64,000 nucleotides of DNA from positions 7,192,001-7,256,000 of the forward strand of contig NC_042998.1 in NCBI RefSeq assembly GCF_006345805.1. The letters run 5' to 3'. Source of the DNA: Octopus sinensis (lineage: Eukaryota). This document shows, piece by piece, positions 12,265 to 24,328 of the stretch. The notes below the pieces were generated by a model. That model was not told the origin of the DNA. It saw only the letters and a program-made list of their open reading frames with translations, and ran no database searches. The position numbers and the translations under genes were made by a program. Positions within the stretch are counted from its first letter, which is position 1; the number at the start of each line of letters is the position of its first letter.

Positions 12265-12447
12265 TCACTCCTTGTTTCTCTTTTTTTCTCTCCTTTTTTT
12301 TTCTCTCCTTGTTTCTCTCCATGTTTCTTTTCTGTGTATCTTTCTGTTGAAGAGCGTAGGCTCGAAACGTTAAAGACTGTTTTATTTATATTCCTGGAGC
12401 GCCATAATAATACAATTGTTTGTTTGTACTTCCACCTGCCTTAGTCT
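12265..12447 (+). mobile_element. Penelope-like element terminal (pLTR-like) fragment with a hammerhead-like motif
   Basis: Pyrimidine-rich run, then CTGTTGAA-GAGC-gtag-GCTC-GAAACGTT, ending in (TA)n. Related copies near 13061, 48584 and 56618. Confidence 0.6.
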
Positions 12448-12468
12448 TATATATATATATATAATAAT

Positions 12469-12682
12469 ATCAACAATCAAGGAACGGCCATAATAGGCCA
12501 TTCACCCACTAGAAATAACAGCCAAAGCTTCAACCGCAAATAAAAATTAATCCGTAAACCAGGAGTTTTTAAATTTTTAATTTTCTCCTGGTTTACGGAA
12601 TTAATTTTTATTTGCGGTTGAAGCTTTGGCTGTTATTTCTAGTGGGTGAATGGCCTATTATGGCCGTTCCTTGATTGTTGAT
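12469..12682. repeat. Long inverted repeat IR1 (97/98-bp arms, 19-nt spacer)
   Basis: 12469-12565 is the reverse complement of 12585-12682 except for one 1-nt indel. Confidence 0.95.
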
Positions 12683-12779
12683 GTTGAACTTAAAAATGGT
12701 CTTTGACTATTTTTTTCCCACTAGGCCGCTGGTGGCAAAAAAATTCTACAAAATTTTTTTTTGCCACCCTATATTGATT

Positions 12780-12820
12780 AATTATATATATATATATAAT
12801 ATATATATATATATTATATA

Positions 12821-12892
<72 letters not shown>
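12780..12892. repeat. (TA)n microsatellite
   Basis: More than 100 bp of nearly pure TA. Confidence 0.95.
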
Positions 12893-12893
<1 letters not shown>

Positions 12894-13135
12894 CAGATAA
12901 AGGCTAGCTGATCAAAAGTGAAGTCGCTGTTACCTCTCTTGTAAAAATTTAATAAAGATATGTGTTTTTATGGTTCAAATATACAGAAAACAAACGATAG
13001 AGACAGGTGAGAGAACAACAAGCAGGTGTATTAGTTTGACTCTTGGGGAAAATGGAAAAGTCTTTGATGTTTCGAGCCAATACTCTTTGACAGAAAGGGA
13101 TGAAAGGGGAAAAAATGGAGAGAGAGAAAAAGTAT
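12893..13135 (-). mobile_element. Penelope-like terminal fragment with a hammerhead-like motif
   Basis: Reverse complement reads CCTTT-CTGTCAAA-GAGT-attg-GCTC-GAAACATC-AAAGA. Homologous to 56525-56740 and abuts (TA)n. Confidence 0.55.
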
Positions 13136-13467
13136 ATATACACACACACACATGTATGCATGCATACATACACACAAACATACATACATTTATATGTTCA
13201 TGTGTGTGTGATATAGTTAATGCGCTAAACTACACTGAATGGTAGTTACAAAAATTCTCGCTGCTGAGAGGCGAGCAATATACAACATCCAATAAAATAT
13301 TAACAGTAAAGCTGAAAACAGTGAGAGAATAATATTTTCTGCTGTTTCTTTAATCTTCGTAATTGGGATCTGGAGATTCAACAGATAAAAGTGCAGAAAA
13401 TGTTTGGATTTATGCTGTATAATTTATACATCCATGATCCCCTCCCCAGCTCACACCATACATATAT

Positions 13468-13816
13468 CATCATCATCATCATCATCGATTAACGTCCGTT
13501 CTCCATGCTAGCATGGGTTGGATGGTTCGACCGGGGATCTAGGAAGCCAGAAGGCTGCACCAGGCTCCAGTCTGATCTGGCAGTGTTTCTACAGCTGGAT
13601 GCCCTTCCTAACACCAACCACTCTGTGAGTGTAGTGGGTGCTTTTTATGTGCCACTGGCGCAGGTGCCAGGCGAGGCTGGCAACGGCCATGATCGGATTG
13701 GTGCATTTTACATGCCACCGGCACAGAAGCCAGTCAAGGTGGCACTGGCATGGGCCACGATTCAGATGGTGCTTTTTACGTGCCACCAGCATGGAAGCCA
13801 GTCAAGGTGGCAATGC
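13468..13816 (-). mobile_element. Retroposon family C with 3 internal modules
   Basis: Same tail and core as the other C copies. Confidence 0.8.
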
Positions 13817-14205
13817 ACACACACTCATGCACGCACACATATCATCATCATCATCTTCATCATTTAACATCCGTTTTCCATGGCAGCATGGGTTGGACAG
13901 TTTGATTGGAGCTGACCAGCTGAAGGGCTGTTTAGGCTCTATGCTTGTTTTGACATGGTTTCTACAGCTGGATGCCCTTTCTAATGCCAACCCCTTTACA
14001 GAGGGTGCTGAGGGCTTTTGCACAGCATCAGCATGGATCCTTTGATGTGGCACCAGCACTGACAAACCCACAGGATTAGGGATGCTCAGCTGGAGAGGGT
14101 TGCAGAGGACAAACCAGCATGCAAGGGCTGCCATGCTTTTACTTAGCTTGGCATGTCTTTTCAAGCACAGCAAACCACCAGGAGTCTTGGTCCCCCATCA
14201 TCCCC

Positions 14206-14246
<41 letters not shown>

Positions 14247-15044
14247 GCACACAAACACACACACACACTCAGTGTGTGTCTGTGTGCGTATGTACATATG
14301 TGTGTGTGAGCCGTGTGTATGTGTGTTTGTGTGTGTATGTACATGTGTGTGTGTATGTGTGTGTGTGTGTGTGTGTGTCTTTCTGCATGTATTTGTACCC
14401 CTGTCACAGCTTGACAATTAGTGTCAGTGTATTTACATACCTGTAACTTAGCAGTTTGACAAAAGATACTGAAAGAATAAGTATTAATCTTAAGAAATAA
14501 TACTGGGGTTAATTTGTTCAACTAAAACCCTTCAAGGCAGTGCTCCAGCATGGTCACAGTCAAATGATTGGTATAAAAGATGGGCTACAGCAAATATTCT
14601 GCTCAATACCACAGATTTGCTTGTCAGTTGTTTGACCTTAACCAGTTGAGCATGTCCCTTAGTAGCTGGCGATATGTGCATCTCTAATCATGAGCAGAAG
14701 TAGTGGGGAGCATCATAGCCATGTGTTGAGAGGGAATCTTTGGAGTTTGAATAATTCACCTTGAAAACATGGCTGTTTCGTTCAACATCCTTAAACAACC
14801 CTTATTCAGGGACCTTTTGAGCAGGATGGGCTACTCGACCAGAAGAAAATTCTAACTGGGCCCTACCTCCAAGGTCATGCACTGTTTATCTTGATACGAG
14901 ATCATCATGCCATATACATTTGGTTATGATGCATGACCCTGGTGTACCCTTATCAGACAGGTAATCATGACAGGGATACTGGGCTACATAGATTTTACCC
15001 CAGAGTCACTTTGATGGCATGCACTGCTCTCTCACTCAACAATA

Positions 15045-15731
15045 CAGGTCGTCATCAACTTACGACCTATCTGACTTATGACCAATTGACTTTATGATGA
15101 TTGGCATGCCAGCTCCCAGCAACTGTAATATATAGTCCAGTTGAAACTTAATGAGTTTAATTTCTTAGAAATTATCCCATCTATGGATGATGTTAGCTAA
15201 CAAATGCTTGCCCTAGGTTTGGTTTTCGATCACCACTGTGGTTATCCCAAGGGTTGGATGAATATCCTGTCACGGAGACATCAAGGTAAACTCGTAATAG
15301 TTTTTTTAGACTCCGAACAAATAACACTGTGTGACTTTTGCCTGAGAATGTACCTTAAGAATGTAAAAATATAAAACAAAGCTATGTAGACCTATGTGGA
15401 GGCACGTGGCTTAGTGGTTAGGGTGTCAGCATCATGATCGTAAGATTGTGGTTTCGATTCCTGGACCGGGCGACGCGTTGTGTTCTTGAGCAAAACACTT
15501 CATTTCACGTTGCTCCAGTCCACTCAGCTGGCAAAAATGAGTAACGCTACGATGGAATGGCGTCCCGTCCAGCTGGGGAACACATACGCCATTGAAACTG
15601 AGAAACTGGGCCCATGAGCCTGACTAGGCTTTAAATAGGGTGCATTTATTTTATTTTTTTATGCAGACCTATTGGCCGACTTATGACCAGTCAGTCAGAA
15701 CCAGTTGTGGTCATAAGTCAATGACGACCTG
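15045..15731. mobile_element. Tigger/pogo-like MITE, TA TSD, interrupted by a SINE-D
   Basis: TIRs CAGGTCGTCATCAACTTACGACC (15045-15067) and GGTCATAAGTCAATGACGACCTG (15709-15731) match at 20/23; TA on both flanks. Confidence 0.8.
15396..15659 (+). mobile_element. SINE-D (tRNA head, V-domain-like cgatggaatggcgtcccgtccag, (ATTT)n tail)
   Basis: 13-bp TSD TATG(T/C)AGACCTAT at 15383-15395 and 15660-15672; near-identical copy at 61650. Confidence 0.87.
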
Positions 15732-15739
15732 TAATAATG

Positions 15740-15773
<34 letters not shown>

Positions 15774-16311
15774 CGACGACGATGACGATGATGATGACAA
15801 TATATTGTGTATGGCTGATTCTCTCTCATTTTCAGTGATTAGGATTCAGTTATTTCATTGATAGAACTACCTGCTCATTGAATTCACTTGTAAGTGGCTG
15901 AGTATACTATAAACGGATGTACCTTTAAAGCAATTTCCTAGCAGAATTGGTGTGACATAATGTGTGGGTAAGACAAAGCTGTATCTTTTGAATTATGAGT
16001 GCAATCAATTAAGCAGATTTCTGTACAGTTTCCACCTGTTCTATTTCACTTGCAAAGTAATGGTAAATCTGAAACCAGTGGAAATAAAATTTGCCCAAAA
16101 TTGAACCTGGAATCCTGTGGTTGTGAAACACACTTCTTGACTATTCAGCCAGCCTGTGCATCGTGTGTGTGTGTGAGTATGTGTATGTGTACATGTGTAT
16201 GTATGCGTGTATATGTGTGTGTGAGAGAGAGTGAATATGCATGTGTATATATGTGTAGATATATTATATATATATGTGTGTGTATGTGTGAATATACACA
16301 CACTCTATATA

Positions 16312-16345
<34 letters not shown>

Positions 16346-16409
16346 CATAGATAAATTGATTGGTTACAAAATACAGGAGGGAAAGACAGTGACTGCAAGG
16401 AAGAACAAA

Positions 16410-16590
16410 AATAATTAATAATAATAATAATAATGATGATGAAGATGATAATAATAATAAGAAGAAGAATAACAACAACAACAATAATAGTATTAGTAGT
16501 AGTAGTAGTAGTAGTAGTAGTAATGAAGATGATAATAATAATAATAAGAATAACAACAACAACAGTAGTAGTAGTAGTAGTAGTAGATAA
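16410..16590 (+). repeat. Compound trinucleotide repeat (AAT/GAT/AAG/AAC/TAG)
   Basis: Visible directly in the sequence. Confidence 0.9.
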
Positions 16591-17287
16591 GAAATGAATG
16601 GAAATGAGAAGAAATTTGCAAAGCAGATCAAACAAACGTGTCATTATTGAAATTTCATTTGATTCATTATTTACTTCATTAATAGTCAAAGTGATTGTAG
16701 GTTCAATATCTTGTCAAGATTATAAAAAAAAAAAAAATACAGAAAGCAAAAATGTACTAAACCAAAATCAGACGCCAAATTTCTTCATATTTTTTTTTGT
16801 TTGTTCCATTGAGAGTAATTCATTTCTTTTGGTTTTTTTTTTTCGTTTTGTTTTATTTTGTTTCTCTCATTTTTTTTTTTGTTATTGGAAGAAGAAAAGT
16901 GATGTTTAATGTCTTCGTGAACAGTATTAGTGACATACATCAAGAGAAAGTCATCCATGTTCGTTATGTATGACAGGGGGGGAAAAAAGACAGCCTCCCA
17001 TAAAATAGTTATGTTATAGAATTGTAATGAATCTGAAGGTTTGAGTGAATATTAAAACTACATCGTAGACTCGAATTGACAAGTACTTCTTACATAATTT
17101 GAATAGAAGAAATAAAACAAGGATAGTCACTTTCGGTGAAAGACAGTAATTTTGACAAATAACAAGATTTATGGAGCTCAGAAGATTTCCTGCTTACACT
17201 GCAGTAATTGAATGACCAGATTCTAAGAAGAGATTATCAAAGTCAGTAAGCTGGTTATTGTTCAATTTCTGATCACTTACTCTATTT

Positions 17288-17365
17288 ATGGTGCTTATAT
17301 ATATATATATATACATATATGTATATACATATATATATATATATACATGCATATATATATATATA

Positions 17366-17414
<49 letters not shown>

Positions 17415-17440
17415 TATATATATATATATTATATGTGGTG

Positions 17441-17481
<41 letters not shown>

Positions 17482-17603
17482 ATATCTATATATATGTATA
17501 TATTATATATATATGTATATATATATATATATGTGGTGTATGTATATATATATATATATATATTATATATGTATGTATATAGTTATATATATATATGTGT
17601 ATG

Positions 17604-17636
<33 letters not shown>

Positions 17637-17740
17637 GTGTGTGTTTATATATATGTATATATATATATATGTGTATATATAAACTTAGACTTAGATATGT
17701 TTCGACCAAATATATATATATATATATATAGATATATATT
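17288..17740. repeat. Complex (TA)n/(TATG)n microsatellite block
   Basis: About 450 bp of TA-derived repeats with a duplicated gtggtgtatg sub-unit. Confidence 0.9.
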
Positions 17741-18103
17741 TTAATTAAATACAGACCCTGACAAAATTTATTTTCCTGCTGCATACATAAAGGAGAAGCA
17801 GAAGAATTCTGTGCCGTATTCCATTAAACCTAGAACGCTGGCTCCACGAGACTTAGTCACACCAAACAAATTGGCTATATCACTATTGACATGTATTATT
17901 AGGCTGAGCTGTTTTATATCAAACTTAACTATCATTAATACTGCAATCATAAAAAGGCTTAAAATTCTAGGTTCTGCAGTTTAATGACACTCTCAGAACA
18001 AAAAAACAAAAAAAGAAAACAATAGCAAAATAAATAGATATCATATACCCAACAGAACAACATTCTACTGCAGCAAAGATAGGCTGAATTATAAATAACA
18101 TAC

Positions 18104-18495
18104 AGAGGAGTGGCTTTGTGGTAAGTAGCTTGTTTACCAACCACATGGTTCCGGGTTCAGTCCCACTGCGTGGCACCTTGGGCAAGTGTCTTCTACTATA
18201 GCCTCGGGCCAACCAAAGACTTGTGAGTGGATTTGGTAGATGGAAACTGAAAGAAGCCTGTCGTATATATGTACATATATATGTATGTGTGTCTGTGTTT
18301 GTCCCCCTAGCATTGCTTGACAATCGATGCTAGTGTGTTTATGTCTCCGTTACCTAGCGGTTCGGCAAAAAGAGACCGATAGAATAAGTACTGGGCTTAC
18401 AAAAGGATAAGTCCCAGGGTCGAGTTGCTCGATTAAAGGCGGTGCTCCAGCATGGCCGCAGTCAAATGACTGAAACAAGTAAAAGAGTAAAAGAG
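18104..18495 (+). mobile_element. SINE-A, full length
   Basis: Head aggagtggctttgtggtaagtagc...gggttcagtccc and tail aaaagagtaaaagag. Confidence 0.9.
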
Positions 18496-18719
18496 GATAT
18501 TTGTTAGCTGCACCAATCCTAATTCCACTTACTTACACACCAAGTCTGTATGTTCTTATTTTTCCTTATTTATCACATAATATTGAAATATTTTTACAAT
18601 TTGAATCAGCTTCTCTCTCACACACACACACACACATATTATCCGAGGTGTACAGAATTATATATCCTTCGTAATTGATCTTACCAATCGGTTTCACACT
18701 TGAGGTACACTGGATTGTT

Positions 18720-18725
18720 ATATGT

Positions 18726-18756
<31 letters not shown>

Positions 18757-18821
18757 CAAACAGACAGGTAGGCAGGCAGGCAGCCAGGCAGGCAGGCAGC
18801 CAGGCAGGCAGCCAGGCAGCC

Positions 18822-18852
<31 letters not shown>

Positions 18853-18889
18853 TAGATAGATAGATGTACATGTATATGTGGGTGTGAAG

Positions 18890-18922
<33 letters not shown>

Positions 18923-19106
18923 ATACGTTGGCTAAACTGGCAAAATGACCATTCCAAAATATAACAATATATATATATATGCATATATATTTTTTTTTTA
19001 CACATACACAAATATATATATAGATAGATAGATATACACAGACACACATGCATATGTATATATATGATATATAAGTGTGTATGTATGTATGTATGTGTAT
19101 ATATAT

Positions 19107-19152
<46 letters not shown>

Positions 19153-19250
19153 GACGCACACACACACACACAGACGCACACACACATGTGCATGTGTGTG
19201 TGTGTGTCTATACATGCATGTATGTATTCATTTATAGCAGACTGACTCAC
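18720..19250. repeat. Compound GATA/GA/GGCA/GACA, TA and CA microsatellites
   Basis: Visible directly in the sequence. Confidence 0.9.
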
Positions 19251-20054
19251 TTAGATGTAGGGAAAAAATCAAAAACTAGTATCAAGTTTCTTTATGATTC
19301 ATCTTTGCAGAAAAAGTATTGGGTCTTTGATACAAATTACGTTGGGAATACACAAAGATAAGAGTCACTTGCATTAAAAACTAAATCTTTACCATTCCCA
19401 AGTAAACATTTATTCTGGAGAGCAGTGACCTTTGTAGCTTCATTTGAATATTCTTAATAATAGGTCTTTTTAAAATTTTTCTAAAGAAGTTTGGAAAACA
19501 GGCTTCTTCCACAAATAGAAAGAGTTTCCTTGACTACAGTCAACAATGTAGCTGTACTCTTAGGCATGGAGCCAACATAATACAATATTGGTCAATATAT
19601 TTATGAAAAATTGCCAATTATTTAAGCCTTAAGAATATTTGAGCCTTGAAGCTGAAGCCAACTGTTTCAGTGCTTTTAATTATGAAGATTTCGTGATCAA
19701 TTCTACCTTTAATTGATTAAAATTTTCCTTCATTTTTATAAACCTGAAGGTGTCTTCGATAATGGATATTATCTTTTATCTGTTTCGTGTTTCTGTCAGT
19801 GAATTGAGGCCATGCTGGAGCACCACGTTGAAGAATTTTAGTTGAGAAAATTGAACCCAGTTCTTGTTATTTTTTAATTTTTTTAAAGCTTGGTGTTTAT
19901 TCTATCAGATCTTTTGCTGAACTGCTAAGCTACAGGGATGTAAATACACCAGCACCAGTTGTCAAGAAGTGGTGAAGGACACTTGCATGCACACACACAT
20001 ATACACATAGAATTACCTGGATTCTAATGAATCCTACATCTTAATACATATTTA

Positions 20055-20093
<39 letters not shown>

Positions 20094-21054
20094 CCTTTTC
20101 TTATATATTTGTGTGTGTGTGATAACTTTCCTTCAGTTTCCATCTACCAAATCCACTCACAAGGCCCAAAGTTATTGTGGACGACATTTGCCCAAGGTGC
20201 CAAGGTGCCCAGCAGTGGAACTGAACCTGGAACCATGTGGTTAGGAAGCAAACTTCCAACCACACAGCCACACAGCCATGCCCACACCTATATGCATATA
20301 TACACATATTCGTGTATATACGTGGTGCATCAGCATAGCCACAGCTCTGAGCTGAAACAAGAAAAATATATATATATGTGTATATATAAATTGTTCAGCA
20401 TTAATCTATCTTTTCGTTGTATTTCGCTTTCCTTACGTTGAAGGTAATGTTATTTCTTTTGTGGAAACAACTTTGGTGGCTATACCAGAATAAGGAGCTA
20501 TTTCTAGCACTAGAGTTAACCACTTAACGGTAACTCTCTTATATTTATGTATAAATTTGTATTGTCTCCCTGGTTTTTATGTGCTAGGCCACTTGGTGTT
20601 AAACTGACGATATTATTACATTAATATCTAATTTTTCACCCTCATTTATGAATTTATATACTCGTATATATATATATATACATACATGCACACACATGCA
20701 GAAACATACACATGCACGTGCATGCGTGCACATACCCATTTAAATATTCACAGTGGGATTTTGTTTCAGTGTGTGCTATTAAAATAAGTAAATGAATGAA
20801 TTAATTACATTTCTTGAAAGTCATCTGTGAAATTAACAGACCAACAGACCCTAGTTTTTAAAGGGTAGTGTAAAAATTACTTGAAGCAGCAGAACTTTAA
20901 TATAAAATACTAAAACCCCATTTGCTTAGGGTATCAGAGCATTTTATTTACATTCATATATTAAATATTTAATATGCTGCATTTATGAATCAAATACATT
21001 TATCTATACATAAGTATAAATTTCTGTGTGTATGTGTGTTTATGAAATGTAAAC

Positions 21055-21470
21055 AGGCGCAGGAGTGGCTGTGTGGTAAGTAGTTTGCTTACCAACCATA
21101 TGGTTCTGGGTTTATTCCCACTGCGTGGCACCTTGGGCAAGTGTCTTCTACTATAGCCTCGGGCCGACCAAAGCCTTGTGAGTGGATTTGGTAGACGGAA
21201 ACTGAAAGAAGCCCGTCGTATATATATATATATATATATATATGCGTGTGTGTGTTTGTGTGTCTGTGTTTGTCCCCCTAGCATTGCTTGACAACCGATG
21301 CTGGTGTGTTTTTGTCCCCGTTACTTAGCAGTTCGGCAAAAGAGACCGATAGAATAAGTACTGGGCTTACAAAAGAATAAGTCCCGGGGTCGAGTTGCTC
21401 GACTAAAGGTGGTGCTCCAGCATGGCCGCAGTCAAATGACTGAAACAAGTAAAAGAGTAAAAAGAGAGAG
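21055..21470 (+). mobile_element. SINE-A, full length
   Basis: Family consensus from head to tail. Confidence 0.9.
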
Positions 21471-23871
21471 AGAGATAAAATAATTTGTCCACAAAATAAA
21501 ATGCCAGTATGAAATGACAACTGAACACGAACAGGTGAATGACAATTAGATGAATTACCAGAGTACTGTTGTTGCTTAATTGTCATTCCCACCCCTCTTG
21601 CATTTTACACAGAGAAGCATCAACACATAATTGCTATCACACATGAACTCATGATTTTATAATGATTTCTAGCATATTTGGTAATACGTCTCATGATACT
21701 CAATACTCTGTCATGCATTCAGTCATGTATTAACAATTTAGAAGAAGGAAGTGTTTCGGGGAAATGGTGTTACTATGATGTATGTTTACAGCCATGATCT
21801 GAATTGTCAAACAGGATCAGCATCATCATCAGCATCATCATTTAACGTCCATGTTCTGTACTAGAATGGGTAGGACGGTACCACAAGAGCCAGCCAGGCC
21901 AAAGCCTGCACTGGACTTCTGTGACTGTTTTGGCAGGTTTTTTACAGCTGGATACCCTTCCTAACACCATCCACTCAGCAGAGTAGACTTAGTGCTTTTT
22001 ACAAGATATATATATATTTTATACATACATATAGATATATATATATACACACATATATGTGGAGGTGCAATGGCCCAGTGGTTAGGGCAGTGGGCTTGCA
22101 GTCGTAGGATCGCGGTTTCTATTTTTGCTGTTTATATCACCAAACTTGATACTCATAAATGTAAATTAATCTTAACCGACTTAGGTTAGTTGTTACTCTA
22201 GGATGTTTTTCCTTTGTAATATTATTTTCAAAATATTTTCATTTATATCATATAGAATTGAAAATTATTCCTCATGTATAAATACAGGTGATCTTAGAGG
22301 GTAATCCATTATTGTTGTAGCAAGTTTGACTTAGTTTATTTTGGTAGCTGTGGAAGACATTTTTTGATCCACCCATGTCATTGGGGTGTTTTTAATACAA
22401 TTAGAAATATTTTTCCAGCTGTTATAGTTGTTGTTCTTGTTGTTGTTGTTTTTCTTGTTGTTTTTCTTGTTGTTGCTGTTCGTTTTTGTGTTAGTCCTGT
22501 TATTGCTGTAGATTGTTAAATTATTAGTGTTAATTTTGTGTTGTTTGAGATGAAGGTGTATGATTGTATCAAATTGTTTATGTAATTTTTCTTTGACTAT
22601 TTTTGCATTGTTATTGGAAAGGGCTACTTATTACTGAGAGATTTGACTGCACTTTCTAGAAAAAGGAGTGAACTTGTAGGGGTCTGTTTATGAGAGAAAA
22701 CAACAAAAGTATTCTTATAAGCATTTTTTTTTTATAGGTTCAAATTCCAGAATACTTAAGAACAACAATAACAGAAAAATAAATCCAAATGGCACCAAAA
22801 ATATTCCAAATAAGAAAGAAGCTGGCTGTATTGCACTATCAGCTTGGACATTGGTCAGTCATGAGCTCTGGAACTCATAAGGCCAGAGATCATGACATTC
22901 CACCCTGAATAGGACACCAGTCCATTGCAAGGTTAACTTCCCAGCTGTTGCTGAAACCCATTTGCATACTTAGTGCCCTGGAGCTACATAAAATGAAACT
23001 TTTTACTCAAAGACATGATGCACTGCTTGATTCAGGGATAGAAACTATGATATTACAATTCTGAGCACAATGCCCGAGCCACTAAGCCATGCATCTTTTC
23101 AATTTCTGAAAGGAAACCAAAACATTCTCCTACTGTTGTCAGTAATCAGCTAAAGTTTGACAAAGAGAAAGTGAAAGTGACGTATTAAATGACAATGGTA
23201 GCCCTTTAAGTGAATAAAACTGTAGAACCTGAACAATCTTGCATGTAAACGAGAAAGTACAATGAATCTTTTATACCATATGAATTCTGTTTTTATTTTT
23301 TGGGTTTGAAGATAACAATTCAGTCAGTTAAATTTATAATGAGTAGTGGGCAAATGAGTGTTTTGGTGAAGAGAAAGAGAGTCGCAGAGAAAAAAAAAAA
23401 TGTCATATTTCATTTAAATACCATAAATAAAAATCAAAGTAATTAAACAAATAATATTTCAAATCAATTATTAACTGAGAAAACATGAGTTGTAACACAA
23501 TGACAAGATAAATTTATAAAATGCCAATGCACATATGTGACAAAAATCATGTTTTATTCAATATCTTAAGTAAAATAACAAAAGGAAAATAATATTGAAT
23601 CACTCATCTGCTGAAGTATTCTTGTAACTTCTTTATTTCTTTGTGTCTTTTTCTTTGGATTCCAAGCATGAAGCCTTCTAAATCTAAAATCTAAAAGACA
23701 TAATAATACCAGCCATGCTTCTTCTGCAAGCAAAACCTTTTCTAATACTTTTTTGGAAAAAATTACAGAAGTCTTTGAAAATATAAAAACAGCTTTCTGG
23801 AAAACATGCAGTGGTTCAAGAAAATACTTAAGAGCATCATACAAAGCCACATATTTAATTATGAAAGCCAA

Positions 23872-24056
23872 GGCACGTAAAAAGCACCCACTACACTCAC
23901 GGAGTGGTTGGCGTTAGGAAGGGCATCCAGCTGTAGAAACATTGCCAAATTAGACTGGAGCCTGGTGCAGCCTTCTGGCTTCCCAGATCCCCGGTCGAAC
24001 CGTCCAACCCATGCTAGCATGGAGAACGGACGTTAAACGACGATGATGATGATGAA
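23872..24056 (+). mobile_element. Retroposon family C, short 5'-truncated copy
   Basis: ggcacgtaaaaagcaccc...ggcgttaggaagggcatccagc...ggacgttaaacgacgatgatgat. Confidence 0.85.
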
Positions 24057-24328
24057 GGAACTCTACACAATTGGTAAAAGATTTGTGCTGCCAATGGCAG
24101 GTATATTATAGAAATTATTCCTGGAAATACCTATATAAACAAATAAGAAAAAGTCCACTCTCAAATGATATGCTATGTGAAAGGATTGCAATAATCAATT
24201 TGCCAAATCTATTGAAGGAATTTTAAAATGTACTTAATTGTAATCTAGTTGGACTAAATCACTGGCATTTGATAATACAGCCCAACAATTCTTATAGTAT
24301 TTGCTTATGTGGATCTTAATTTTTAGCT

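Noticed and set aside
14578-15040. About 460-bp segment that looks like a familiar interspersed repeat
   Set aside because: Single copy in this window with no TSD, TIR or ORF evidence I can show, so it is left unannotated pending a Dfam/BLAST search.
17288-17731. Long YI/CV/TH/LS/DR-rich ORFs here and at 10442-10998, 14082-14521, 16041-16689, 18566-19250, 54965-56136, 57586-58800 and 59141-59643
   Set aside because: They are translations of microsatellites that lack stop codons by composition.
23566-23871. 101-aa minus-strand ORF, and other 60-160-aa ORFs at 2227-2703, 24976-25284 and 41934-42185
   Set aside because: No recognisable domain, AT-rich low-complexity composition or overlap with repeats, and no convincing splice context.
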